Shown in pieces: positions 18,725 through 27,838 of a stretch of 64,000 nucleotides of DNA. Made by a program: the position numbers and the translations under genes. The DNA is from an uncultured delta proteobacterium (GTDB lineage: Bacteria; Myxococcota_A; UBA9160; UBA4427): contig CAWGJT010000012.1 of assembly GCA_963822965.1 (NCBI GenBank), positions 128,001-192,000 on the forward strand, given 5' to 3'. The notes under the pieces are model-generated. The model saw nothing but the letters and a program-made list of their open reading frames with translations. It did no database searches and was not told where the DNA came from. The number at the start of each line of letters is the position of its first letter. Position 1 is the first letter of the stretch.

Positions 18725-21169
18725 TCAACGGGCCCAGCCGCCCGTCGTGCCGAGCAGAGAGCGTACGCGATCCGCGACCTCCTCGATCTCGCTGGTTCCC
18801 GCCGGCTCCAGGGTTCCCACGGTTCCGTCGAACATCCGGGCGAGCCCGCGGCGCACCATCGTCTCGTGCATGCCGGAGAGGTCGCGGTGCGGTCTGACGT
18901 AGCCGCCGGAGACCAGCCGGGAGCAGAGCAGCTCGAGCCCCTGCTGGGGCCGCGTCGTGCCGCGGTTGTTGCGCGGCTCGGTCTCGGCCCGGGCCACGAC
19001 GAGATCGACCAGCGACGACCCGAGGCGCATCAGGAATCCCTGGCTGCGCCGGGGCAGGGGATAGATGTGGACGCTCTTTCCCGACGCGGCGGCCTCGGCG
19101 AGCATCGACTCGCTCTCCCCCGTCACCACCAGCACGTCCGCCAGGGCCAGGTAGCCGAGCAGCGGGTTCTCGCTCGCCGTCTGGCCCGGCTCCCAGCGAT
19201 GGAACCACGCCGCGTCCGGCAGCCCCCGGGCGATGGCCTCGATGGCCGCCTCGCCGGTGCGGCGACTGGTCGTCACGAAGACCGAGCCGCCCGTGCGCGC
19301 CGCCATCGCGGCGACGTCCCGGGCGAGCTTCTCGGCGACCTGGGGCGAGAAGGAGTAGTGGTGGGACGGTCCGCCCACGAGCACGGCGATGCGCGGCGAG
19401 GGGTGCCCGTCGAACAGGAACTTCCACTGCAGGGCCGACTCCTCCAGCTTCGATCTCCGGATGCGCGTGAGCACCCCCGCCGTCTCCATGCGATTCGGAT
19501 GGGGGATGAGGCGCGCGTGGGCCGGCGCCACGGCCAGGTCGAAGGGCTCGGCGGGATTGGCGCCCTTGCGGCCGAGCTGGACGATGCGCGTGCGACCACG
19601 GGACTGCTCGCTGATCCAGCGGGACACCGGGGCGGTGCGGCGGCCGGCGGCGATCACCACGTCCGGCCACGGCGCCGCGAGGCGCGCGCGACTGGCCCGG
19701 CGCACGATGTGGGCCGCTGCGCCGAGCAGCGGGTTGGGAAGGAAGACCGTCGGACCGAATCGCAGGTCGATGCGCTCGTAGGGCCAGCCGAGCTCCTCCG
19801 CGAGGCCGATCGACTGGGTGGTGTTGCCGGGACGGTCGTCGCACAGCACCCAGACCGACGGTGCGCCCGCGCGCGGGAAGCGGCCGCCCGAGCGGAAGAA
19901 CGGCTCGTCGTCCCCTTCCCGCAGGGCGAGCTGCCAGTGCACGTCCGGGTGCCGCACGCCCGCCGACTCGAAATGGGCGACCCACCAGGAGCGCGTCATC
20001 ACGGTGCCCACGGGTGGATGGCCCCGGGGCGGCCGGGACGGCGCCACACACGGTACGTCGGCCACCACCAGCCGACGCGCCCGCGCGAAGATCGCCTCGA
20101 CCACCCAGGGCATGTCCTCGGGCGGGATCGCCTCGAGACATCCCAAGACCAGGACCGCATCGCTGTCGGGGCCCGACGACGGCGCCTCGTCGCGCAGCAG
20201 GGGCAGGAGGCCGCTGTGGGACTCGCGCGGAATTCCCCAACGGGCGCTCCCGGCGGCGGCGTCCCGCCGCGCCTCGCTCCCGCCGGTCACCTCGAGCAGC
20301 GATTCCACCTCGAGGTCCGCGAGCAGCCCCAGCACCACCTCCCGAAGCGCCGGGGAAGCCGGGGCCTCCCGGGCCGTCTCCGCCGGCGGCGCGCCGCGGC
20401 ACGCCAGCAGCTCCCGGAAGAAGGAGGTGGGGTGCTCGCGGGTGAAGGCCTCGAAGCCCGACGCGATCGCACCCCGCTCGAGGTCGAGCCACAGCTGCTC
20501 GTCCCGATTCGTCCGGTAGACGAAGCGCTCGGGGAAGGGCCGCCACGGCTGGGTGTGCAGGGTGGAGTAGTGCAGCAGGTGCGAGTGCCCGGGCACGTAT
20601 TCGGTATCGCGTGCATTCCAGTGCGGATCGAGGGGCCCCCGGATTCCCGGCTCGCGCAGGGTGCGGCGGAGGATCGACTTCTTCTTGTCGTGGCGCGCGT
20701 CGTGCAGGCTCCAGACGCTTGCCATGCGCTCGCAGTCGATCAGCATCACCGAGGTCTCGGTGTCGCTGATCGCCAGGTAGCCCGCGCCCGCGAGATCCTG
20801 GTCGAAGAGCAGCGCCGGATCGCTCAGGAAGATCTGATCCTCGTCACAGTAGATGGCGCGGCCGGTCTGGCCGGCGTAGTGGGGGATTGCGAAGCGGTAG
20901 TTGGTGAAGCCCGTCGTCCAGCCCGTCCGCTCGAACCCGGCGAGCTGGGACATGACGTAGATCTCGTAGACCCGCGCGGGATCGCGCACCTGCTCGATCG
21001 ACCAGACGAACGCCCGGGTGGCCCGGAACTGGGCAGGCTCCGTGCCCAGAAAGATCCGGACCGGCGGGGCGGCGCTCGGCGAGGCGCCGGTCGCCGGCAG
21101 GGTGATCCGATCCGGCACCGCTCGTTCCGCAAGGGCGGCGGCCGGGAGCGTCGCTTTCGTCGCTGTCAT
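18725..21169 (-). CDS. Multidomain protein: GT-A glycosyltransferase, degenerate methyltransferase-like middle, and ELM1/GtrOC1-family C-terminal domain
   Basis: N-terminus RIFLGTEPAQ...TGFTNYRFAIP...GRAIYCDEDQIF...TSVMLIDC...LLHYSTLHTQPW. C-terminus VWVLCDDRPGNTTQSIGLAE...PWPDVVIAAGRR...AVLVGGPS...VTTSRRT...NPLLGYLALAD..VVTGESESMLAEA. Confidence 0.75.
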   Translation of the reverse strand: MTATKATLPAAALAERAVPDRITLPATGASPSAAPPVRIFLGTEPAQFRATRAFVWSIEQVRDPARVYEIYVMSQLAGFERTGWTTGFTNYRFAIPHYAGQTGRAIYCDEDQIFLSDPALLFDQDLAGAGYLAISDTETSVMLIDCERMASVWSLHDARHDKKKSILRRTLREPGIRGPLDPHWNARDTEYVPGHSHLLHYSTLHTQPWRPFPERFVYRTNRDEQLWLDLERGAIASGFEAFTREHPTSFFRELLACRGAPPAETAREAPASPALREVVLGLLADLEVESLLEVTGGSEARRDAAAGSARWGIPRESHSGLLPLLRDEAPSSGPDSDAVLVLGCLEAIPPEDMPWVVEAIFARARRLVVADVPCVAPSRPPRGHPPVGTVMTRSWWVAHFESAGVRHPDVHWQLALREGDDEPFFRSGGRFPRAGAPSVWVLCDDRPGNTTQSIGLAEELGWPYERIDLRFGPTVFLPNPLLGAAAHIVRRASRARLAAPWPDVVIAAGRRTAPVSRWISEQSRGRTRIVQLGRKGANPAEPFDLAVAPAHARLIPHPNRMETAGVLTRIRRSKLEESALQWKFLFDGHPSPRIAVLVGGPSHHYSFSPQVAEKLARDVAAMAARTGGSVFVTTSRRTGEAAIEAIARGLPDAAWFHRWEPGQTASENPLLGYLALADVLVVTGESESMLAEAAASGKSVHIYPLPRRSQGFLMRLGSSLVDLVVARAETEPRNNRGTTRPQQGLELLCSRLVSGGYVRPHRDLSGMHETMVRRGLARMFDGTVGTLEPAGTSEIEEVADRVRSLLGTTGGWAR

Positions 21170-21537
21170 GCAGGGGTCCCCCCGTCAGAACCATCGCCTG
21201 GGCGAGCTTCGTGCTTGAAGCAACCTCGGGTGATTCGGAAGGAAGCGAACGGGGGCGGGTTCGCGCCTGGGAGCCTACCAAACCCGGACCTCCCCAACGC
21301 CAGCCGTGCAGGACCCGGCCCGAGGGCGAAGCTGCCGGCCCAGCCTCCTCCGGAACCCGCGGGGCTTCTCCGATTTCCCGTTTCTCCTCGACCATTTGGC
21401 GGCAGGCGGCCACCCCGGCCGTGCTATTCCTTCGGCTCGCGCGCCAAGCCGCGGGAGCCGGCGACGGAGCCCGCCGTCCATCGCCACCCGATCGGGGTCT
21501 CTGCGACCCGACTGCAGGCATCGAGGCGGTCGCAATC

Positions 21538-22572
21538 GTGCCGACAACGGCAGACCCGAAGGTCACGGTCTTCATGGCGGTCTACAACCGCGAGGCCCTC
21601 GTCGGCGAGGCCGTGACGAGCATCCTGCGACAGAGCTTCCGGGACTTCGAGCTGCTCGTCATCGACGACGGCTCCTTCGACGGCAGCGCCGAGGTGGTCG
21701 ACCGGCTCGCGGACCCGCGGATCCGCCTGGTGCGGCAGCCCGAGAACCTGGGCATCCCGCGCACGCGCAACCACGGCCTCGCCCTGGCTCGCGGCGAGTA
21801 TCTGGCCATCCTCGACAGCGACGACGTGGCGTTCCCCAAGCGCCTCCAGAAGCAGGTCGCCTTTCTCGACAGGCATCGCGAGATCGCCGCGATCGGGGGC
21901 TGGGCGACGCGCATCCGAGCCGACGGCCGGCGCAAGCTCCCGGTCGTGCGGCCCACCGGGTCGCGCGCCATCCGCGCCCGGGTGCTCTTCACGACCTGCT
22001 TCAAGAACCCCACGATGATGGGACGGACCGCCGCCATGCGGGAGTTCGGCTACCGCGAGGAGTTCGTCATCTGCCAGGACATCGACCTGTGGAGCCGCAT
22101 GTCCGCCAAGTACGCGCTGGCGAACCTGCCCGAGTTCCTGATCCGCTACCGGCTCGGGGGCACCAGCCACCAGGACGCGGCGCTCGCGGCCCGCATGAAG
22201 AAGCGAACCGCCGCCGACCAGCTGCGCGACCTCGGGCTGCCCTTCGACGAGGCGGACCTCGAGCGTCACCACCGGCTGCGAAACCCGAAGAACTTCCGGC
22301 CGGACAGCGAGTTCGTCGCCTGGAGCGGCGACTGGCTGGCGCGCCTGATGGCCGCCAACCGCACCAACCCCTGCTATCCGGAGCCCGAGTTCACCGAGGC
22401 AGCCGCCGAGCGCTGGTTCCGGCTCGGACTGGTGGCCGTCGGCGCGGGGCTGCCCCCGGCCCCCTTCTTCCGTCACCCCGAGCTCGGCCGCCGGGTGCCG
22501 GCGGTGCTGCGGGAGCTCGCCACGCTCGCGTCCAGCGGGCTGCGGCGTCGGAGCCCGCCGGCGGCGGAATGA
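21538..22572 (+). CDS. Glycosyltransferase family 2
   Basis: VTVFMAVYNRE...SILRQSFRDFELLVIDDGS.DGS...NLGIPRTRNHGL..ARGEYLAILDSDD. Confidence 0.92.
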   Translation: MPTTADPKVTVFMAVYNREALVGEAVTSILRQSFRDFELLVIDDGSFDGSAEVVDRLADPRIRLVRQPENLGIPRTRNHGLALARGEYLAILDSDDVAFPKRLQKQVAFLDRHREIAAIGGWATRIRADGRRKLPVVRPTGSRAIRARVLFTTCFKNPTMMGRTAAMREFGYREEFVICQDIDLWSRMSAKYALANLPEFLIRYRLGGTSHQDAALAARMKKRTAADQLRDLGLPFDEADLERHHRLRNPKNFRPDSEFVAWSGDWLARLMAANRTNPCYPEPEFTEAAAERWFRLGLVAVGAGLPPAPFFRHPELGRRVPAVLRELATLASSGLRRRSPPAAE

Positions 22573-23402
22573 GCCCGCAGCGCCCTCCGCGCTTCGAGCA
22601 GCGATCTCTCGACTCCCCCCTGCGTCGGCTGCGTCGCGCGGCGCGGCGCTGGGTCGCGAGGCGCTTCGTCCACCGCCACCGGGTCTCTCGTCTCCGGATC
22701 GGGGAAGGCAGCTTCAAGCGGATCCGCTTCGGCGACGCCTGGACGGCGGCGCGCGCGGCGGACGCCCTCGAGCACTTTCGGGACGCCCCGGAGGTCCCCA
22801 CCCTGTGGGCCCGCTTCGATGCGGAGCTGCTCGTCGAGTTCGTGGAGGGCGAGCCGCTCTCGAGCCTCGGGGCGGAGAGCGCGGAGCCGCTCGCCCGCTT
22901 CTTCGCGCGCATCCATCGTGGCGGCAGCCGGCGCCTGCCCATCGGCGAGTCGGGAGCCGTCGCCCGGGCCGAGCGCGATCTCGCCTTCCTGCGCGAGGTG
23001 GGGATCCTGGACGCGACCCGGGGAGCCCGTGTCGCCGGGGCCATCGACCGGCTCGCTCCTCCCGCGGTCCATGTCGGCTGGGACTACCCCGACGCCGTCG
23101 CCAAGAACTTCGTGCGCCGCCCGAACGGGACCCTGGTGGGCATCGACGTCGAGGCCCTGCGGCCCGATGCGCTCGTGGGAACGGGAATCGCCAAGAGCCT
23201 GGCGCGCGCGGACGACCCCCATCGAGCCCGCTTCCTGAAGGCCTTCGAGCCCCTCTCGGACCTGGACCTCGCCCCGGCCCTGCCCTTCGTCGAGCTCTGC
23301 TTCCACCTGGCCTGGCTGAGGAATCGCTGCCTCAAGGGAAGCCGGCTGGACCCGGCGGCCCTGGAGCGCTTCTGCGCCGTCGGGGCCCGCCGATCAGACT
23401 GA
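22569..23402 (+). CDS. Protein-kinase-like fold phosphotransferase (Kdo/WaaP/APH-like)
   Basis: ATGA overlap with the GT2. LLVEFVEGEPL, catalytic-loop-like YPDAVAKNFV, and metal-binding LVGIDVE. Confidence 0.55.
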   Translation: MSPQRPPRFEQRSLDSPLRRLRRAARRWVARRFVHRHRVSRLRIGEGSFKRIRFGDAWTAARAADALEHFRDAPEVPTLWARFDAELLVEFVEGEPLSSLGAESAEPLARFFARIHRGGSRRLPIGESGAVARAERDLAFLREVGILDATRGARVAGAIDRLAPPAVHVGWDYPDAVAKNFVRRPNGTLVGIDVEALRPDALVGTGIAKSLARADDPHRARFLKAFEPLSDLDLAPALPFVELCFHLAWLRNRCLKGSRLDPAALERFCAVGARRSD

Positions 23403-23673
23403 GATGCGCATTCGGTCAATCTCGCTACGCTTCCCCTCATTGGCGGGGGGTGTCGACATTCCCGCGGGGCACCTCCCGCGAGGCTCAGCCGTGTCGAAGA
23501 GCTCTCTCCGCAGGCAGACTGAAGCGTCACCTCTGTGCGACCGAAGAAAGGGCCGGAGGGACCCCGGAGCGATTCCGGAGGTTCCCGCATCATCAGGCCA
23601 CCGGATAGGCACGCCCGAGCCCGCCTGCTATTGAAGGGCGGGCTTCGGGTCGGGCGTTCCGAGGAGGACATCG

Positions 23674-24519
23674 GTGCAAATCGGCGGAATTCCCATCGGA
23701 GACGGTGCGCCGCTCGTGCTGATCTCGGGACTGAACGTCCTCGAGCGCAAGTCAGCGGCCATCGACACAGCCCGGACCATCCAGCAGATCGCACGGCGAC
23801 ACCGCCTGCCGCTGGTCTTCAAGGCCTCCTTCGACAAGGCCAACCGCTCCCGCGCGGACGGCTTCCGGGGCCCCGGCCTCGACGAGGGCCTTCGCATCCT
23901 GGCCGCGATCAAGCGCGACACCGGCCTGCCCCTGCTGACGGACGTCCACGAGCCCGGCCACGCGAAGATCGCCGCCGAGGTCGTGGACTGCCTCCAGGTG
24001 CCCGCGTTCCTGTGCCGGCAGACGGACCTGATCGCCGCCTGTGCGGCGACGGGTCTGCCGGTGAACGTCAAGAAGGCGCAGTTCATCGCACCCCAGGACA
24101 TCCGCCTGGCGGTGGAGAAGCTGCGCACGTTCGGCGCGTCCGACGTGCTCGTCACCGATCGCGGTGCGACGTTCGGCTACAACAACCTGGTGGCCGACAT
24201 GCGCGGCCTGATCCAGATGCGGGAGTTCGCGCCGGTGTGCTTCGACGCGACCCACGCCGTCCAGTACCCGGGGGCCGAAGACGGCGCCTCGGGCGGCGAT
24301 CGGCGCTTCGTGTCGGCGCTCTCTCGAGCGGCCGTGGCGACGGGAATCGACGCCCTCTTCGTGGAGGCCCACGCGAATCCCAGAATGGCGCCCTGCGACG
24401 GCCCGAGCCAGCTCGACTTCGACGCGCTGGACGCCCTGCTCACCGAGGTGTGCGCCATCGATCGAGCGCTCGCCGCCGTACCCGAGGACGTTCGCAAGCG
24501 GGCGCGCTGCGAGCGCTGA
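23674..24519 (+). CDS. kdsA: 3-deoxy-8-phosphooctulonate (KDO8P) synthase
   Basis: FKASFDKANRS, FRGPGLDEGL, LTDVHE, QVPAFLCRQTDL, NVKK.QF, RG.TFGYNNLV.D, FDATHAVQ.PG and CDGP; RBS GAGGAGG. Confidence 0.95.
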   Translation: MQIGGIPIGDGAPLVLISGLNVLERKSAAIDTARTIQQIARRHRLPLVFKASFDKANRSRADGFRGPGLDEGLRILAAIKRDTGLPLLTDVHEPGHAKIAAEVVDCLQVPAFLCRQTDLIAACAATGLPVNVKKAQFIAPQDIRLAVEKLRTFGASDVLVTDRGATFGYNNLVADMRGLIQMREFAPVCFDATHAVQYPGAEDGASGGDRRFVSALSRAAVATGIDALFVEAHANPRMAPCDGPSQLDFDALDALLTEVCAIDRALAAVPEDVRKRARCER

Positions 24520-24564
24520 GGGATCGGGGGCGGATCCGGCCGCGGGTCGGTCCCGATCGTGGGC

Positions 24565-26835
24565 TCAGGCCCGGCCGAAGGACTGGCCGAAGCCCCGCAG
24601 CCGAAGGCCCAGATAGGCCGCCACCACCGCGAACAGCAGGGTCGGTGCCCAGCCCGCCAGCCAGGGCGAGATGGCGCCGCTGTAGCCGAAGCTCGTCCAC
24701 ACGCCGGTCAGCAGCACGTAGGAGACGGCCACCACGGCGCTCAGCACGAGGGTCGTGGCCGACGTCGGATGCGGAGGCCCGCCCACCGCGAAGAACAGGG
24801 CCAGGGCCGGAAGCACCAGGCACGCCACGGGAGACGCGAGCTTCACGAACAGGTCCACGCGGTAGTGGGTCGCGTCGAGCCCGCTGGCCTCCACCTCCTC
24901 GATCTCGTCCTGCAGCTCGCCCACGGAGAGGTTCCGGGTGTCGACGTCGGCCTGGATCGCCTCTCCGATCGTCACGTGGGAGGGCCCCGAGGTCCGGACG
25001 AGTCCCGCCTCGGTGTGCACCACCCGCACCGGATCCTCGAGCAGCCACTGGCCGCCGCCGATGTGTCGGGCGGAGGACGCGTCGCCGCGCGACACGGGCA
25101 GGCCGTCCTCGCCGAGGTGGAAGACCGTGATGTTGCTGGCAGTCCCCTCCTTCGGGTCGAGGCGGTCGGCCTGGTAGAAGGTGTCACCGCTCCGGAACCA
25201 GGCGCCGAGCCCCTCCTGACGACTTCCCCCCTTCTTGACCGCGTCCTTCACGTAGCTGGCCAGGGCGTTGGTCTGCGGCAGCACCTCGTTGTTGAGCAGG
25301 AAGTAGGCCGGCACGATCAACGCACAGATCACGAGGATCGGCAGCAGCGCGCGCGGCGCCGGAATGCCGCAGGCGCGCATGCCCATCAGCTCCCCCTGCC
25401 CCGCCAGCACGCTCACCGTGAGGGCCGTCGCCACCAACAGCGACATGGGAACGACCCGGGAGGCCAGCAGCGGGATGCGCGCACCGTAGTAGCCCATCAC
25501 CTGGCCGAAGGTGGCGCCGTACTTGCCCATCCACTGGAGCCGCTCGAGGATGTCGATCAACAGGTATCCGACCAGCACCACCGTGAAGCACAGCCCCGCC
25601 ATCTGCAGGAAGCGCACGGCCACGTAGCGCTCCAGGGGCCAACGGTGCATGCGAACGCGGGCAGGGGCGTCCTCGGTCTCGCGGGACTCCTTCGAGGACG
25701 GCCGGGCGGCGTGGCGCCCGAAGGCCGTCATGCTCGTCATCCGCGCCACCATGAAGCCGGCGACCCCCGCCAGCACGAGGTTGGGGAGCCAGGCGCCCAG
25801 GGCCGGGGAGACCGTCCTGTCGTAGACCAGGGAATCGCCGAGCTGCGCGAGTCCGTAGTAGCCGACGGTGGCCAGGATGCCGAGGACGCCGCCGCCCGAG
25901 CGGGAGAAGTCCGCGCGCGCGAGGAAGAGGGGGACGATCAGGAGGCCGAACACCAGCGTGGCCGCCGGCAACGAGAAGCGGCGGTGCAGGTTGAGGGCCG
26001 CGTCGTAGCCCCTCCGTTCGGACTTCGAGGCCCCGTGCTCGATCTCGACGAGCTCCGCCAGGGTCGCCCCGTCCATCCGGTCCTTCATGCTGCGGCGCAC
26101 GGTCTCGTCGCCGTGGGGCAGGTCGGCCGTCATGCGCTCGAAGCGGAGCTCGCGGGCGGTCTTGCGCGGGTCGAGCAGCAGGCTGCCGTTCTCCAGCACC
26201 AGGCGGTTGCCTCCCGACGGCGCCGCCTCCAGGTGGCCGGACTGCGCGAAGACCGTCTCGTGGATGGTGGGCATGTACAGGAACACGCCGCGCATGCGAT
26301 CCCCGCTGCTCGACACCTCGCGCGCCTGCAACATCCAGTCGCCGAAGCGCTGGACGATGCCCGGCGTGATCGAGGCGCCGGGATTGCGGCGACCGATTTC
26401 CTCGAGCTTCGCGTCGAGGCCGCGACTCGCCCACGGCGAGGCCCACAGCGAGAGGGCCACGGCCGCCGCCGCCATGACCGTCGCGAACAGCATCACCGGC
26501 CCCATCACGCGCGGCGACGAGATACCGCTCGCCTCGAGCATCAACAGCTCGCGGTCGGCGCCCAGGCGTCCCATGGCGACGAGCCCACCCACGAGCACCG
26601 CGAAGGGCAGCATCTGCGCCACCACGGGCAGCATCTGGAACAGCGCCAGCGCGCCCACGTCCCCCAGCGAGAGGCCACGATTGATCACCATCTCGGAGTA
26701 GCCGACGAGCTCACGGGTGAGGACGACGAGTGTCAGCCCCCCGAGGGTATACAGGGTCGGAAACACCATCTCGAGAGTGAGATAGCGATAGAGGGTCGTC
26801 CCGAGACGCCTGTGGACGGGCATGGCTTCGGTCAT
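24565..26835 (-). CDS. lptF/lptG: Fused LptF-LptG permease (two YjgP/YjgQ repeats in one polypeptide)
   Basis: Half 1: LYRYLTLE...LPFAVLVG...GRLGADRELLMLEASGIS...LHRRFSLP...AWLPNLV. Half 2: LERYVAVRF...VPMSLLVA...GELMGMRACGIP...KLASPVACLVL...LAGWAPTLLF. Confidence 0.88.
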   Translation of the reverse strand: MTEAMPVHRRLGTTLYRYLTLEMVFPTLYTLGGLTLVVLTRELVGYSEMVINRGLSLGDVGALALFQMLPVVAQMLPFAVLVGGLVAMGRLGADRELLMLEASGISSPRVMGPVMLFATVMAAAAVALSLWASPWASRGLDAKLEEIGRRNPGASITPGIVQRFGDWMLQAREVSSSGDRMRGVFLYMPTIHETVFAQSGHLEAAPSGGNRLVLENGSLLLDPRKTARELRFERMTADLPHGDETVRRSMKDRMDGATLAELVEIEHGASKSERRGYDAALNLHRRFSLPAATLVFGLLIVPLFLARADFSRSGGGVLGILATVGYYGLAQLGDSLVYDRTVSPALGAWLPNLVLAGVAGFMVARMTSMTAFGRHAARPSSKESRETEDAPARVRMHRWPLERYVAVRFLQMAGLCFTVVLVGYLLIDILERLQWMGKYGATFGQVMGYYGARIPLLASRVVPMSLLVATALTVSVLAGQGELMGMRACGIPAPRALLPILVICALIVPAYFLLNNEVLPQTNALASYVKDAVKKGGSRQEGLGAWFRSGDTFYQADRLDPKEGTASNITVFHLGEDGLPVSRGDASSARHIGGGQWLLEDPVRVVHTEAGLVRTSGPSHVTIGEAIQADVDTRNLSVGELQDEIEEVEASGLDATHYRVDLFVKLASPVACLVLPALALFFAVGGPPHPTSATTLVLSAVVAVSYVLLTGVWTSFGYSGAISPWLAGWAPTLLFAVVAAYLGLRLRGFGQSFGRA

Positions 26836-27061
26836 GGCGCTTCGAACTCTCCGGATCTCCCTGCGAGGAGCCGTTGCCCGGACGAACCCCGGCTCGGGCG
26901 CCACCCGGCCCTGCGAACGTGCCCGTGGGGCCAGCGCCCCGAAGTGCTTGCTGCCGCTCCGGAAGCTGGATTAGAGTTCCTGTCGATCCCCCCTGAACGG
27001 CTCCATCGTAGCCCGAGTGACTGCCTCGTGACGGAGGGGGTCCCGGCGCGTCGGGAGATCC

Positions 27062-27838
27062 ATGCGAGCGATCATACTGAGCGCGGGACAAGGCAAGCGC
27101 CTCCTCCCCCTCACCGAGAGTACGCCCAAGTGCCTTCTGCACGTGCAGGACGGCAGGTCCCTGCTGGAGTTCCAGCTGCGGACGCTTGCCGCCTGTGGCG
27201 TCGAGCACGCCTCGGTGATCGTCGGCTTCGGGGCCGACCAGGTCGAGGATCACCTCGCCCGTCATCCCGTGGCGGGGATCGAGGTCCGGGCGGTCTACAA
27301 CCCGTTCTACGCCCTGAGTGACAATCTCGCGACGGCCTGGCTGGCGCGCTCGGAGATGGTGGGCGAGTTCGTGCTGCTGAACGGCGACACCCTCTTCGAG
27401 GCGGCCGTCCTGCGGAAGCTGCTCGCTGCACCCAAGGCCCCGCTCACCTTGAGCATCAACGTCAAGGACGACTACGACGACGACGACATGAAGGTCGTCC
27501 TGAACGGAGGCCGCCGCCTCGCCGCGGTGGGCAAGACCCTCTCGCGGGACATCGTGAACGGCGAGTCGATCGGCTTGATGCTCTTCCGTGGCGCCGGCGT
27601 ACAGGCGTTCCGCAACGCGCTGGAGGCTGCAATTCGCGAGCCCGAGGCGCTCAAGCTCTGGTACCTGTCGGTGGTGAACGGTCTCGTCGATTCCCTCCGC
27701 ATCGAGACCGCCGACATCAGCGGGCTGTGGTGGGGCGAGGTCGACAGCCCCGAGGACCTGCAGAGCGTCCGCGCCGCCCTCTCCCAGCGAGAAGCCCCGG
27801 CCATTCGTTCGAACTCATCCGCACGCTACGCCGGATGA
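27062..27838 (+). CDS. Phosphocholine cytidylyltransferase (LicC)-family NTP transferase
   Basis: MRAIILSAGQGKRLLPLT..TPKCLL, YNPFY..SDNL, LLNGDTLF, YDDDDMKV, NGESIG and W.EVD..EDL. Confidence 0.85.
   Translation: MRAIILSAGQGKRLLPLTESTPKCLLHVQDGRSLLEFQLRTLAACGVEHASVIVGFGADQVEDHLARHPVAGIEVRAVYNPFYALSDNLATAWLARSEMVGEFVLLNGDTLFEAAVLRKLLAAPKAPLTLSINVKDDYDDDDMKVVLNGGRRLAAVGKTLSRDIVNGESIGLMLFRGAGVQAFRNALEAAIREPEALKLWYLSVVNGLVDSLRIETADISGLWWGEVDSPEDLQSVRAALSQREAPAIRSNSSARYAG

Noticed and set aside
18422..21616. Very long alternative-frame ORFs (e.g. 18422-21616 +, 12065-15583 +, 2047-4812 +, 24559-27321 +)
   Set aside because: These are Arg/Gly/Pro/Ala-rich shadow ORFs expected at high GC. They overlap well-supported genes and carry no recognisable motifs.
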